Shown: positions 53,212 through 62,059 of the stretch, piece after piece
Layout: the number at the start of each line of letters is the position of its first letter
How positions within the stretch are numbered: position 1 is the first letter of the stretch
From: Clostridiales bacterium
Lineage (GTDB): Bacteria; Bacillota; Clostridia; Oscillospirales; Oscillospiraceae
Length of the DNA stretch: 62,059 nt
Direction: 5' to 3'
Assembly: GCA_021205205.1 (NCBI GenBank)
Contig: JAJPXY010000052.1
Coordinates: forward strand, 1 to 62,059
Translations under genes and position numbers: made by a program
The notes under the pieces: generated by a model
Databases searched by the model: none
The model's input: only the letters and a program-made list of their open reading frames with translations
Told to the model about the DNA's origin: nothing

Positions 53212-54150
53212 ATGAGTGAAACTGTCAAGCTGCCGACCCGTGACGGCTTTGGCGACGAGATCGTCGCCCTGGGCAAGGAAAACCCCGATATTCTGGTAGT
53301 GGACGTTGACATCGGCAAGAGCTGCAAGACCGGCGCGTTCCGGCAGCAGCTGCCCAAGCAGCACCTGAACGTGGGCATCGCCGAGCAGAACGGCGCTGGC
53401 GTGGCGGCCGGTCTGGCCTCCTGCGGCAAGATCCCCTTCGTGGTCACCTACGCGGCCTTCGGCTCCATGCGGATGTGCGAGATGATCCGCCAGGAGATCT
53501 GCTATCCCAAGCTGAACGTGAAGATCGCCTGCTCCCACGGCGGCGTGACCCCCGCCAACGACGGCGCGTCCCACCAGGCCATCGAGGATATGGGCATCCT
53601 CCGCACCATCCCCAACATGACCGTGGTCATGCCCGCCGACTACTGGTCCGCCCGCAAGCTGGTCCGCGCAGCCGCGGAGTTCAATGGCCCCGTCTACCTG
53701 CGCTTCACCCGTGACGCCATCCCCGTCATCTATGACGAGAGCGCCGAGTTCACCATCGGCAAGGCCCACCAGATCCAGGACGGCAAGGACGTGGCTATCA
53801 TCGCCAACGGCGACACCGTCCGCCTGGCCATCGAGGCCGCCAAGGTGCTGGCCGCCGAGGGCATCTCCGCCCGCGTGCTGGATATGCACACCATCAAGCC
53901 CTTGGACGTGGAGGTCGTGACCGCCTGCGTCAACGACATCGGCAAAATCATCACCGTGGAGGACCACAACATCCTCAACGGCCTGGGCAGCGCCGTGGCC
54001 GAGGTGGTCGCTGAGAGCGGCAAGGGCATCCTCCGCCGGGTGGGCATCCAGGACCAGTTCGGTCAGTCCGCCCCCTATGAGCGCCTGCTGGCCATCAACG
54101 GCGTCACCGTGGAGCACATCGTGGAGCTGGCAAAGGAATTGAACGCCTAA
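53212..54150 (+). CDS. Split transketolase, C-terminal subunit
   Basis: GIAEQN, DGASHQ, GPVYLR, TIKPLD, EDH. Confidence 0.93.
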   Translation: MSETVKLPTRDGFGDEIVALGKENPDILVVDVDIGKSCKTGAFRQQLPKQHLNVGIAEQNGAGVAAGLASCGKIPFVVTYAAFGSMRMCEMIRQEICYPKLNVKIACSHGGVTPANDGASHQAIEDMGILRTIPNMTVVMPADYWSARKLVRAAAEFNGPVYLRFTRDAIPVIYDESAEFTIGKAHQIQDGKDVAIIANGDTVRLAIEAAKVLAAEGISARVLDMHTIKPLDVEVVTACVNDIGKIITVEDHNILNGLGSAVAEVVAESGKGILRRVGIQDQFGQSAPYERLLAINGVTVEHIVELAKELNA

Positions 54151-54311
54151 GCTTCCCTAAATTTTTTTAAAACTCTTATGTCATACAGCAAATGACCGCT
54201 ATCTTACCTCATTCAACTGTTTCCTAAGCGCCCCTCCGGCAAACGAACCCCGGATCTGCCGGAGGGGCCCCAAAAAATCATCATTTATCATTCAGAAAGG
54301 AAGTATTTCTT

Positions 54312-55070
54312 ATGTTAGAGTTCAATGGTCAGGTCGTTCTCGTCACCGGCGCCGGTTCCCCCAAGGGCATTGGCCGCACCATCGCGCAGACCTTCGGCAA
54401 GCAGGGCGCTACCGTCGTCATCTGCGACATCAACCAGGCCGGTCTGGACGCCAACGTGGCCGAGATGAAGGCCATGGGCATCGAGGCCGCGGGCTACGCC
54501 GCCAACATCTGCGATGAGGACAGCGTCAACGAGCTGGTCAACACCGTGGTGGAGAAGTATGGCCGCATCGACGTGCTGGTCAACAACGCCGGCGTCTCCC
54601 AGAAGGTCACTGTGGCCGACATGACCCTGGACGATATGAAGCGCATCTTCAACGTCAATATGTTTGGCCTGTTCCTCATCACCAAGGCCGTCTGCGAGGT
54701 CATGAAGAAGCAGAAGTATGGCCGTATCGTCCACCTGTCCTCCGTCTCCGGCAAGCGGGGCGGCGGCGTGTTCGGCGGCGCGCACTACTCCGCCTCCAAG
54801 GCTGCTGTGCTGGGCTTCTCCAAGAACCTGGCCCGCGAGGTCTCCGAGTACGGCATCACCACCAACTGCGTCTGCCCCGGCCTGATCAACACCGAGATCT
54901 GGAAGAGTATGCCCAAGGAGCAGGCTGACGCCGTCATCGCCGGTATCCCCATGGGCCGTCCCGGCGAGACCCAGGAAGTCGCCAACGCCATCGTGTTCCT
55001 GGCCTCCAAGGAAGCCTCCTACATCACCGGCGAGGAGATCGACATCAACGGCGGCTCCCACATGGACTGA
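54312..55070 (+). CDS. SDR family oxidoreductase
   Basis: TGAG..GIG, NNAG, YSASK, YITG..DINGG. Confidence 0.93.
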   Translation: MLEFNGQVVLVTGAGSPKGIGRTIAQTFGKQGATVVICDINQAGLDANVAEMKAMGIEAAGYAANICDEDSVNELVNTVVEKYGRIDVLVNNAGVSQKVTVADMTLDDMKRIFNVNMFGLFLITKAVCEVMKKQKYGRIVHLSSVSGKRGGGVFGGAHYSASKAAVLGFSKNLAREVSEYGITTNCVCPGLINTEIWKSMPKEQADAVIAGIPMGRPGETQEVANAIVFLASKEASYITGEEIDINGGSHMD

Positions 55071-55176
55071 TTTCCGCTCATCTCCCATCTTTTCGCTTTT
55101 CGTCCCCTCTACTTGATAAAGGGGCTGTACCCGGCCCAGCTGGGTACAGCCCCCGAAGTCAACCGACTTATCGTTT

Positions 55177-55395
55177 GAAAAAAGCGCCACGGCTGCTCCT
55201 CTTTACCTCCTACACTCCTACCTTTCGTCGTGGCGTTTTTTGGGAGAGATAAGAACGATTCCCACCATCAGATACAACACTCTTCCCGGACCCTGTCCTG
55301 TTCCGCAAAAGCGCCACGGTTTGCCCCTTACCTTTACCCCACCTCAAACAGCCTATTCTTTCCCGTGGCGTTTTTGCAGGATAGGACAACCATTT
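55177..55395. repeat. Two tandem hairpin units upstream of rpe
   Basis: AAAAGCGCCACGG-(pyrimidine-rich loop)-CGTGGCGTTTTT occurs twice. Confidence 0.65.
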
Positions 55396-55416
55396 CATCA
55401 CAAAGGAGCCTTCTCT

Positions 55417-56070
55417 ATGACTAAAGTTAGCCCTTCCATCCTCTCCGCCGACTTCGCCCGGCTGGGCGCGGACTGCAAGGAAGTCCTGGACGCCGGGGCA
55501 GACATGATCCACTTCGACGTGATGGACGGCCACTTCGTAGACAACCTGAGCTTCGGTCTGCCGGTGCTGGAGAGTCTGCGGAAAGCCCTCCCCGACGCCT
55601 ATTTTGACGTGCATCTGATAATCACTCACCCTCTTACCTATGTCCGGGATTTCGCAGACGCGGGCGCGGACTGCATCACCTTCCACATCGAGTCCAGCGA
55701 CAACATCCGCTCCACCATCGCCGCCATTCGCGCCTGCGGCTGCGGCGCGGGGCTGGCCATCAACCCCAACACCCCCGTCGAGACGGTGTTCCCCTACCTG
55801 GGCGGCCTGTCTCTGGTGTTGGTGATGGGCGTGACCCCCGGTCACGGAGGGCAGGCGTTCCAGACCAGCGCACTGGACAAGCTCCGGGCGCTCCGGGCCG
55901 AGTGCGGACGCCGAAATCTGAATCCCATGCTCTCGGTGGACGGCGGCGTGAAAGCCAGCACCACTGCTCCTCAGTGCGTGGAGGCCGGGGCCAACGTGCT
56001 GGTGGCGGGCAGCGCGGTCTTTGGCGCGGCGGACCGGGCGGCGGCCGTGCAGGCGTTCCGCTCCCTGTGA
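55417..56070 (+). CDS. rpe: Ribulose-phosphate 3-epimerase family
   Basis: SPSILSADF, HFDVMDGHFV, DVHL, VDGG, VAGSA. Confidence 0.92.
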   Translation: MTKVSPSILSADFARLGADCKEVLDAGADMIHFDVMDGHFVDNLSFGLPVLESLRKALPDAYFDVHLIITHPLTYVRDFADAGADCITFHIESSDNIRSTIAAIRACGCGAGLAINPNTPVETVFPYLGGLSLVLVMGVTPGHGGQAFQTSALDKLRALRAECGRRNLNPMLSVDGGVKASTTAPQCVEAGANVLVAGSAVFGAADRAAAVQAFRSL

Positions 56071-56124
56071 CCTCCCCTTCCCGGCCCGGCGCAGGGCCAG
56101 CTAAAATAATTCATTCAAAAAAAC

Positions 56125-56165
56125 AGGTTCCCAACGCAGAAACCAGCTGCGTTGGGAACTTTCTT
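56125..56165. terminator. Bidirectional terminator between rpe and the GH3 gene
   Basis: GTTCCCAACGCAG-N7-CTGCGTTGGGAAC flanked by A and T runs. Confidence 0.65.
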
Positions 56166-56233
56166 GTCCAGGCGTCCGCCCAAGGGCGGACGCCTCGGAA
56201 TGTGATTATCTGTGCTGTGGGTCTGCCGTACCC

Positions 56234-58003
56234 TTACAGCCGGGTGTCAAACAGGCCGCAGTAGCTGTCGATGGGGTCGGTGCCCTTGAACGCCTCCGGC
56301 CCGGTCATCAGGTCGTCGATGAGGGCGTCGAAGGTGTCGTTTGTGGAGTCGTAGGTGTTGATATAGGTGCGCACCTGGGGGATGTCCGCCAGCATGGTGG
56401 GCTGGCCGCAGCCGATGGCCACCACCGGCAGCTCGAACACATACCAGGGGATCTCGCCGCCGCCTTTGGAGAAGCCAAACACAGGCCGTCCGCTGGAGAC
56501 GTCGCAGAGAGTGATGATGAGGTCCTGGCCGCTGACAAAGTCATCAATGGCGTTCTTACCGGCGAAGTAGACGTTCAGGCTGGGCTGCTCCCCCGCTTCA
56601 ATCTGCTTCTTCACCTTGTCGATGGGGCTTTCATAGATAAAGGCGTCGAAGCCCTTTTCGATGAGCTTATCCCGCAGCACCTCGGCGGCGCTCTTCTTGG
56701 CAGGTGCGCCCAGCAGCTTCATCAGGGTGCTCATGCCGCTCTCCGTTTCCTTGATGTGGACGATCATAATGCGCTTGTAGCGCTCCGGCGTGATGGGCAG
56801 AACGTCCTTGTCCTTGTACTTGACCAGGGTAATGCTGTCCTGGCTGATGGCCTTGTGCATTTCCTTGTACTCGGCCTTGCCCAGGGTGGCCGCCACGACC
56901 TCCTGAGAGGGGACCAGCTCCTCCGCGGACTTTTTGTGCATCCCCAGGTGGGCTTTCAGGCCCAGGATGCGGGTCAGGGCTTCGGTGATCCGCTCCTCGC
57001 TGATGGTGCCGTCCTGATAGGCGGCCAGCATGGTGGCGAAGTCCTCGTCCGGGTCGTTGAAGAACAGGAACATATCGCAGCCCGCGTTGATACACCGGGG
57101 CAGCATTTCCCGACGGGTCATGCGGTCGGTCATGCCCACCATGTGGGAGGCGTCGGTGACCACCATGCCGTTGAAGCCCAGCTTGTCCCGCAGCAGGCCC
57201 TTCATGATCTCCGGGCTGAGGGTGGCGGGCATCATGTCCTCGTCCTTCAAGTCGGGATTGATGGCTCTTGCGTACTCCGGCAGCATGATATGGCCCGCCA
57301 TGATGGCGTCCAGCCCGTTGTCGATGAGGGTCTTGTAGACCAAGCCATAGGTCTCATCCCACTTTTCAGGGGTGAAATAATTGACGTTGTTGGACAGATG
57401 CGCGTCCCGGAAGTCCTGGCCGTTGCCTGGGAAGTGCTTGGCCGCACAGGCGAAGCCGGGAATGGTGTGCGCACCCTGGACGTAAGCGGCGCTCATCTTG
57501 GCCACCCGCTCCGGGTCATTGCCGAAGGCGCGGCAGATGATTTCGGTATTCTCCCAGTTATAGGCAATATCGCAGACGGGAGCAAAGGCCATGTTGCAGC
57601 CGATGGACGCCGCCTCCTCGTTGGCCATCTTGCCCAGGGCATAGGCGTATTCCTCCTTGCCCGTGGCGCCAATCTTGACGCCGGAGCCGATGGCGGTACC
57701 GTCCGCGCAGGCGCCGTCGCCGCCGCCCTCGGTGTTGCAGGCGATGAAAATGGGCACCTTGGCGTAGGTTTGCAGCGTGCGGTTCTGAGCCTGAACCTTT
57801 TTCCCCGGCATACCATTGTACCGGCAGCCACCTACATGGTATTTCTCCATCAGGTTTTTCAGGTAGGCTTCGTCCTGGGATTCGGTCAGCTGGAAGAACA
57901 GCTGGCCCACCTTCTCCTCGTCGGTCATGGAGGCGATGGTGTCCTCTGCCCATTTGATGTCTTCGTCAGAGAGGTAATAGGGGTTGGCTTTCAAATCGAC
58001 CAT
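56234..58003 (-). CDS. Glycoside hydrolase family 3 (Nag3/BglP-like, possible phosphorylase)
   Basis: EKVGQLF, FAPVCD, KHFPGNGQDFRDAH, VVTDASHM. Confidence 0.88.
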   Translation of the reverse strand: MVDLKANPYYLSDEDIKWAEDTIASMTDEEKVGQLFFQLTESQDEAYLKNLMEKYHVGGCRYNGMPGKKVQAQNRTLQTYAKVPIFIACNTEGGGDGACADGTAIGSGVKIGATGKEEYAYALGKMANEEAASIGCNMAFAPVCDIAYNWENTEIICRAFGNDPERVAKMSAAYVQGAHTIPGFACAAKHFPGNGQDFRDAHLSNNVNYFTPEKWDETYGLVYKTLIDNGLDAIMAGHIMLPEYARAINPDLKDEDMMPATLSPEIMKGLLRDKLGFNGMVVTDASHMVGMTDRMTRREMLPRCINAGCDMFLFFNDPDEDFATMLAAYQDGTISEERITEALTRILGLKAHLGMHKKSAEELVPSQEVVAATLGKAEYKEMHKAISQDSITLVKYKDKDVLPITPERYKRIMIVHIKETESGMSTLMKLLGAPAKKSAAEVLRDKLIEKGFDAFIYESPIDKVKKQIEAGEQPSLNVYFAGKNAIDDFVSGQDLIITLCDVSSGRPVFGFSKGGGEIPWYVFELPVVAIGCGQPTMLADIPQVRTYINTYDSTNDTFDALIDDLMTGPEAFKGTDPIDSYCGLFDTRL

Positions 58004-58075
58004 AATTTGCTCCTTTCCGCAGGCCGTCGCCTGCATTGCGTATGGTTATGGTTGAAAACACTTTGCTTACGAGAC

Positions 58076-58918
58076 TTACGAGAGGTTCTGGAGGAAGGCC
58101 GCCACCTTCTCCTCCTGGTACGCGCCGCCGTATTCGCCGCCGACCAGCTTGTCCACCGCTGTCTCCCGGAACTCCACCCAGGACTCCTTCTCGTGTTTGA
58201 CCAGGATGGGGTAATAGTAGACGCCGTTCTTCTTCGCCGCGTCGTAATCGCCGGGGGCATCGCCGGTCATCAGCACGTTGGCCGGGTCGTAGCCCTTTTT
58301 CAGCAGCTCCTGGATGCAGAACGCCTTGCTGCCGGTGTCCTGGGCCAGCACCAGGTCCACATGGTCCAGCAGCTTGTACAGCTCCCACTCCTCCATCACC
58401 GCCCCCAGGTTGGCGGAGGAGACGATGACCACGTCCGCCTTTTGGTTGGCATAGGCCAGGCCCTCCCGGACGCCCTCATAGGGCTTTTTCACCTCGAAGG
58501 GCAGGGCGTTGATGGCTTCGTTGACACTCTTCGACCAAGACAGAGCCTTTTTCAGGCAAGGGCTGCCGGTCTCCTCGATGGCTTTGGCAATGGCGCTGTT
58601 GGACAGCTCGTCGCTGTTGGCCGCCCAGTCCTCCAGCGCCTCCAGGTCGTCGATTTTGGTGTACTGGTCGTTGACCTCCCGGAGCATCAGTGCCAGCCCC
58701 TTGAACCGGTTGATGCCCCGGGTCATGGTGTACAGGTTGATGTCGTTCCAGCGCTTCAGAATCGGCTCCCACCACTGTTGCAGACCCCATTCCTCCACCA
58801 TACACGGGCCAAAGCAGCGGATGTGCTTGATGTCCATGGTGTCCATAGCGCAGCCGTCGGAATCCACGCAGATCAGGAAGTCTTTCTTCTTCTGAAAAGT
58901 CTCCAATTTGCCACCCAT
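58076..58918 (-). CDS. HAD family hydrolase
   Basis: VDSDGC (DxD), VSSA, K, GDAPGD. Confidence 0.88.
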   Translation of the reverse strand: MGGKLETFQKKKDFLICVDSDGCAMDTMDIKHIRCFGPCMVEEWGLQQWWEPILKRWNDINLYTMTRGINRFKGLALMLREVNDQYTKIDDLEALEDWAANSDELSNSAIAKAIEETGSPCLKKALSWSKSVNEAINALPFEVKKPYEGVREGLAYANQKADVVIVSSANLGAVMEEWELYKLLDHVDLVLAQDTGSKAFCIQELLKKGYDPANVLMTGDAPGDYDAAKKNGVYYYPILVKHEKESWVEFRETAVDKLVGGEYGGAYQEEKVAAFLQNLS

Positions 58919-59353
58919 TTTTGTGCCTCCTAACGTTCGATTTACAAAGCTAAATGTCCGTATGCGCGATAAAGCTTTCATTCCGCTTTGTATTATTTTA
59001 AACGTTTCCAGGCCGTTTCGTCAAGCAGAAACAGCAAAGTCCCAACAAATATCCAAACACAGCCAAAAATCAGCAAACTCACCAAAGCACGCCTGCCACA
59101 AATCCCCTAAATTGTTCGATTCCCCCTATGATTGCCCCAGAGGGCATGAAACCCCCCTGCGGCTAAAAGCCTCAGGGGCGGTCTATGCTGGGTGGTCGGT
59201 CGTTGTTTTCCGCCGCTGCGGCGGCCCCGCCGTGGGCCGCAAAAAAGCGCCGCGCAGAGGTGTCTTCCTCACGCGGCGCACGGCTGCTGCCCTTTTTCAG
59301 CTCCGGCACAATTTCCCCCTTGTCAAATGGGTAAAATCCGCCTATAACAATGA

Positions 59354-59450
59354 TAAGTGCGATGCGGTTTGACCGCTGTGTAAGGTGGCTGTCTCACCTG
59401 CGCAGGCTACCGGGTGGTGGCACACCCGGCAGCTGTCGCGCGTTTCTTTC
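59354..59450 (+). ncRNA. Candidate small RNA (type I antitoxin-like architecture)
   Basis: TTGTCA-N17-TATAAC promoter at 59319-59347, short stems, terminal hairpin CCGGGTG-GTGGCA-CACCCGG and T-rich tail; no ORF. Confidence 0.4.
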
Positions 59451-59478
59451 GTCCAGTGTTTTCTCAGCTACTGTATAT

Positions 59479-59521
59479 TAGGATACCACAGGCGGCCTGG
59501 GCCGCCGTCCAAGTGATTTCC
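59479..59521 (-). promoter_or_regulatory. Repeated promoter-like motif, copy 1
   Basis: GGAAATCAC-TTGGAC-N21-TATCCT with GGCGGC/GCCGCC dyad in the spacer. Confidence 0.45.
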
Positions 59522-59640
59522 ACCCGGGGCGGCAGAAAGCGGGCCTGCCGCCGCCCTTGGCAACAGCAGGCCCGCTTTGTTTTTGGTTTACAAAGTCTGT
59601 GTGACAGGGGGCACGAGACGGCCCCCTGTTTTTTGCGTTT

Positions 59641-60015
59641 TTACGCCTTCCACAGGCCGTGGAGGTTGCAGTAGGCATAGACCGCCTCCACCGTGTCTCC
59701 CTGGCTGAGGGCAAAGCTGGCGGCGGGCTTTTCGCCCGGCTGTAAGTACTTGAGCTGTACGCCCTGCTTCGTCTTGAGGGCGATCCACTCGATGTAGTGC
59801 TCCGGGAGCATGGGGTGGTCGATGGAGCCGACGTTCACCGTGACCAGGCTCCCCTCCGCTGTGCAGACCGGGACGTGCTTCTCCGCGGCGGCATCGGTGG
59901 TGCCGGGGACCAGCTCGGTCATCTTCTGGCCGCAGCACATGACGGGGACACCAGTGTCCTTCACCTTGACGACGATGTTGCCGCAGTGTTCACAACGGTA
60001 GAATTTCAGTTCCAT
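59641..60015 (-). CDS. dfx: Desulfoferrodoxin / superoxide reductase
   Basis: CEHCGN..CCG, EKHVP, HPM..EHYIEWI, YCNLHG. Confidence 0.95.
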   Translation of the reverse strand: MELKFYRCEHCGNIVVKVKDTGVPVMCCGQKMTELVPGTTDAAAEKHVPVCTAEGSLVTVNVGSIDHPMLPEHYIEWIALKTKQGVQLKYLQPGEKPAASFALSQGDTVEAVYAYCNLHGLWKA

Positions 60016-60028
60016 GGGCGGTTCCTCC

Positions 60029-60853
60029 TCAATAATTTTCGGCCCGCACTTCGAAGAACGACTGGGGGTGCTTACACACCGGGCAGACCTCGGGGGCCGT
60101 GGTGGCCAACACCATGTGGCCGCAGTTGCGGCACTCCCACAGGGTCACGCCGCTCTTCTCGAACACTTCCTTGGCCTCCACATTGTGGAGCAGCTTGCGG
60201 TAACGCTCCTCGTGGGACTTCTCGATGGCAGCGACGCCCCGGAACTGCTCGGCCAGGTCGTGGAAGCCCTCCTCGTCCGCCTCTTTCGCCATCCGGTCGT
60301 ACATATCGGTCCACTCGTAGTTTTCGCCCTCGGCGGCATGGAGCAGGTTCTCGGCGGTGTCGCCCACCTCGCCCAGCGCCTTGAACCACAGCTCGGCGTG
60401 CTCCTTCTCGTTGGCGGCGGTTTTCAGGAACAGGTCGGCGATCTGCTCATACCCGGCCTTTTTCGCCACGCTGGCGAAGAAGGTATACTTGTTCCGGGCC
60501 TGGGATTCTCCGGAGAACGCCTCCCAGAGGTTCTTCTCGGTCTTGGTCCCGGCATAGGGGTTCTTCGCGGGGGCAGCGGGAGCAGCGTCCTGAATCTTCT
60601 CGAACTTGCTGGCGGGCGCCTTGCACAGCGGGCAGCGGTAGTCCGCCGGCAGCTGGCCCTCGTAGATGTAGCCGCAGATCGTACACTTCCACTTCTCCAC
60701 CTGGGTCTCGGCCTTCTCCGCCGGAGCGGCAGGGGCGGCGTCCTCCATCTTCTCGAACTTACTGGCGGGCGCCTTGCACAGCGGGCAGCGATAGCCCTCT
60801 GGCAGCGGTCCCTCATAGATGTAGCCACAAATCGTGCATCTCCATTTTTCCAT
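60029..60853 (-). CDS. rbr: Rubrerythrin with two N-terminal rubredoxin-like domains
   Basis: 2x [33 protein letters not shown]-terminal CRNCG..CPVC. Confidence 0.92.
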   Translation of the reverse strand: MEKWRCTICGYIYEGPLPEGYRCPLCKAPASKFEKMEDAAPAAPAEKAETQVEKWKCTICGYIYEGQLPADYRCPLCKAPASKFEKIQDAAPAAPAKNPYAGTKTEKNLWEAFSGESQARNKYTFFASVAKKAGYEQIADLFLKTAANEKEHAELWFKALGEVGDTAENLLHAAEGENYEWTDMYDRMAKEADEEGFHDLAEQFRGVAAIEKSHEERYRKLLHNVEAKEVFEKSGVTLWECRNCGHMVLATTAPEVCPVCKHPQSFFEVRAENY

Positions 60854-60933
60854 AGTTGAGTCCTCCTTGTTATAATTTTGGTTTATTCTACTATCAGGAT
60901 AGGAACGCAAGGCCATTTTTCCTGATATTGGTG

Positions 60934-61671
60934 TCAATCGGTACAGTGCCCGTGGTGGTGGCCCTCGTGATGGCTGCACTGCGCGTCTGGGTCATACGCC
61001 AGGTCCCCCGCCAGCAGCGCCGCCACCGCGGCGTCCGCCTCACCGGTCACGCCGCCGTACAGCCGTACCCCCACCGAGGCCAGGGCGGCCCGTGCGCCGC
61101 CGCCAATGCCGCCGCAAATCAGGACGTCCGCCTGGAGCGCGTTCAGAACCTCCGCCAGCGCGCCGTGGCCCTGGCCGTCAGTGCTGACCACCTGGGTGGA
61201 GACGACGGCTCCGTCCTTCACGTCGTAGAGCTTGAACTGCTCTGTGTGGCCAAAGTGCTGGAACACCTGGCCGTTCTCATAGGTCACTGCGATTCTCACG
61301 ATCTGGTCCCCCTTCGGTTTTTGAAAGGTCCGGTAGAGTGTCTGCTTAAAGCAGTCCCTGTTGCAGAAGCGGTTCCCACCGTCGCAGAGCCGGTACTTCC
61401 CGCCCTGGATTTTCAGCGGGCGGCCCTCCACCAGCACGTCCGCCAGCTTTTTGCGGGCGGAGTCGTAAATCTTCTGCGCGGTGGTGCGGGCTACCTGCAT
61501 CCGCAGGCTGCACTGCTCCTGGGACAGCCCCTCCCGATCGATCAGGCGGATGGCCTCGTATTCGTCTACAGTCAGGAGGACCGGCTCCCGCGCCCCGTCG
61601 TCCTCCGTCGGGCGGAACTCCAGCGTCTGCGGGAAATGACAAATCGTTCTGCATTTGGTGGGCCGCGACAT
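60934..61671 (-). CDS. DUF134 HTH fused to NifB/NifX-like domain
   Basis: [24 protein letters not shown]; [12 protein letters not shown]; His-rich tail. Confidence 0.88.
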   Translation of the reverse strand: MSRPTKCRTICHFPQTLEFRPTEDDGAREPVLLTVDEYEAIRLIDREGLSQEQCSLRMQVARTTAQKIYDSARKKLADVLVEGRPLKIQGGKYRLCDGGNRFCNRDCFKQTLYRTFQKPKGDQIVRIAVTYENGQVFQHFGHTEQFKLYDVKDGAVVSTQVVSTDGQGHGALAEVLNALQADVLICGGIGGGARAALASVGVRLYGGVTGEADAAVAALLAGDLAYDPDAQCSHHEGHHHGHCTD

Positions 61672-61792
61672 TTTTTCACCTCGCTGGGTTTGGTTCTGTT
61701 TTATCATACACATATTTGTGGCATATGTCAAGAACTATTTTATGGCGATTCCTTTTATAGCTGAATAAAAGAAACCGCCAGTGTATTGTTTA

Positions 61793-61834
61793 TAGGATAC
61801 CACAGGCGGCAGGCCGCCCGTCCAAGTGAGTTCC
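61793..61834 (-). promoter_or_regulatory. Repeated promoter-like motif, copy 2
   Basis: GGAACTCAC-TTGGAC-N20-TATCCT with GGCGGC/GCCGCC dyad in the spacer. Confidence 0.45.
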
Positions 61835-62059
61835 GCGGCTCCGCCGCCCGGGGCGTCCGCCCGAAAATATGTCGGAAACAGCGAAAAAACGCTGTACTAA
61901 CTGTCGTTGTTTTTTGCTTAACTGTGGGCCGGAGTAAACGAAAAAACGCCGCCGACCCGGCGTGCGCCGGGTCGGCGGCCCCGATCAGGAAGGAGCGCCG
62001 CGCCAGTGTTTTAAAGACAACGAGTTTTTTCGCTATATGCGGGGTGTTGTAGTTAGTAT

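Noticed and set aside
61940-62059. Gene end upstream of the hairpin at 61948-61978
   Set aside because: The hairpin looks like a minus-strand terminator but no convincing CDS end is visible before the window edge

Overview
GC-rich chromosomal window from an anaerobic, spore-forming Clostridia-type bacterium; an Oscillospiraceae-like origin is inferred from gene content and style. It is mostly housekeeping: trmK, trkAH, pstSCAB-phoU, cotJ, niaR, a nine-gene Na+-type V-ATPase operon, PFOR, yebC and oxidative-stress genes. The best candidate for an undescribed system is a six-gene membrane-lipid cluster at 4.5-13.4 kb. It encodes two GT8 glycosyltransferases, two PlsC-type acyltransferases, a fused plasmalogen-synthase-like (PlsA/PlsR) ATP-dependent reductase and a YwaF/TMEM164-like membrane protein, which together suggest a glycosylated ether/vinyl-ether lipid pathway. 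The second highlight is a set of nested non-coding mobile repeats: a ~110-140 nt structured element with compensatory base changes, inserted into an IS5-type MITE and into a heptamer-bounded repeat. Also present are a split ABC exporter with a very acidic repetitive ectodomain, an AT-rich frameshifted pyruvyltransferase islet, a FadR/TRAP/transketolase/GH3-HAD sugar-acid locus with a recognisable operator, and a candidate antisense sRNA locus. No rRNA, tRNA, CRISPR array or transposase was seen. All family calls come from motif recognition, not database searches.
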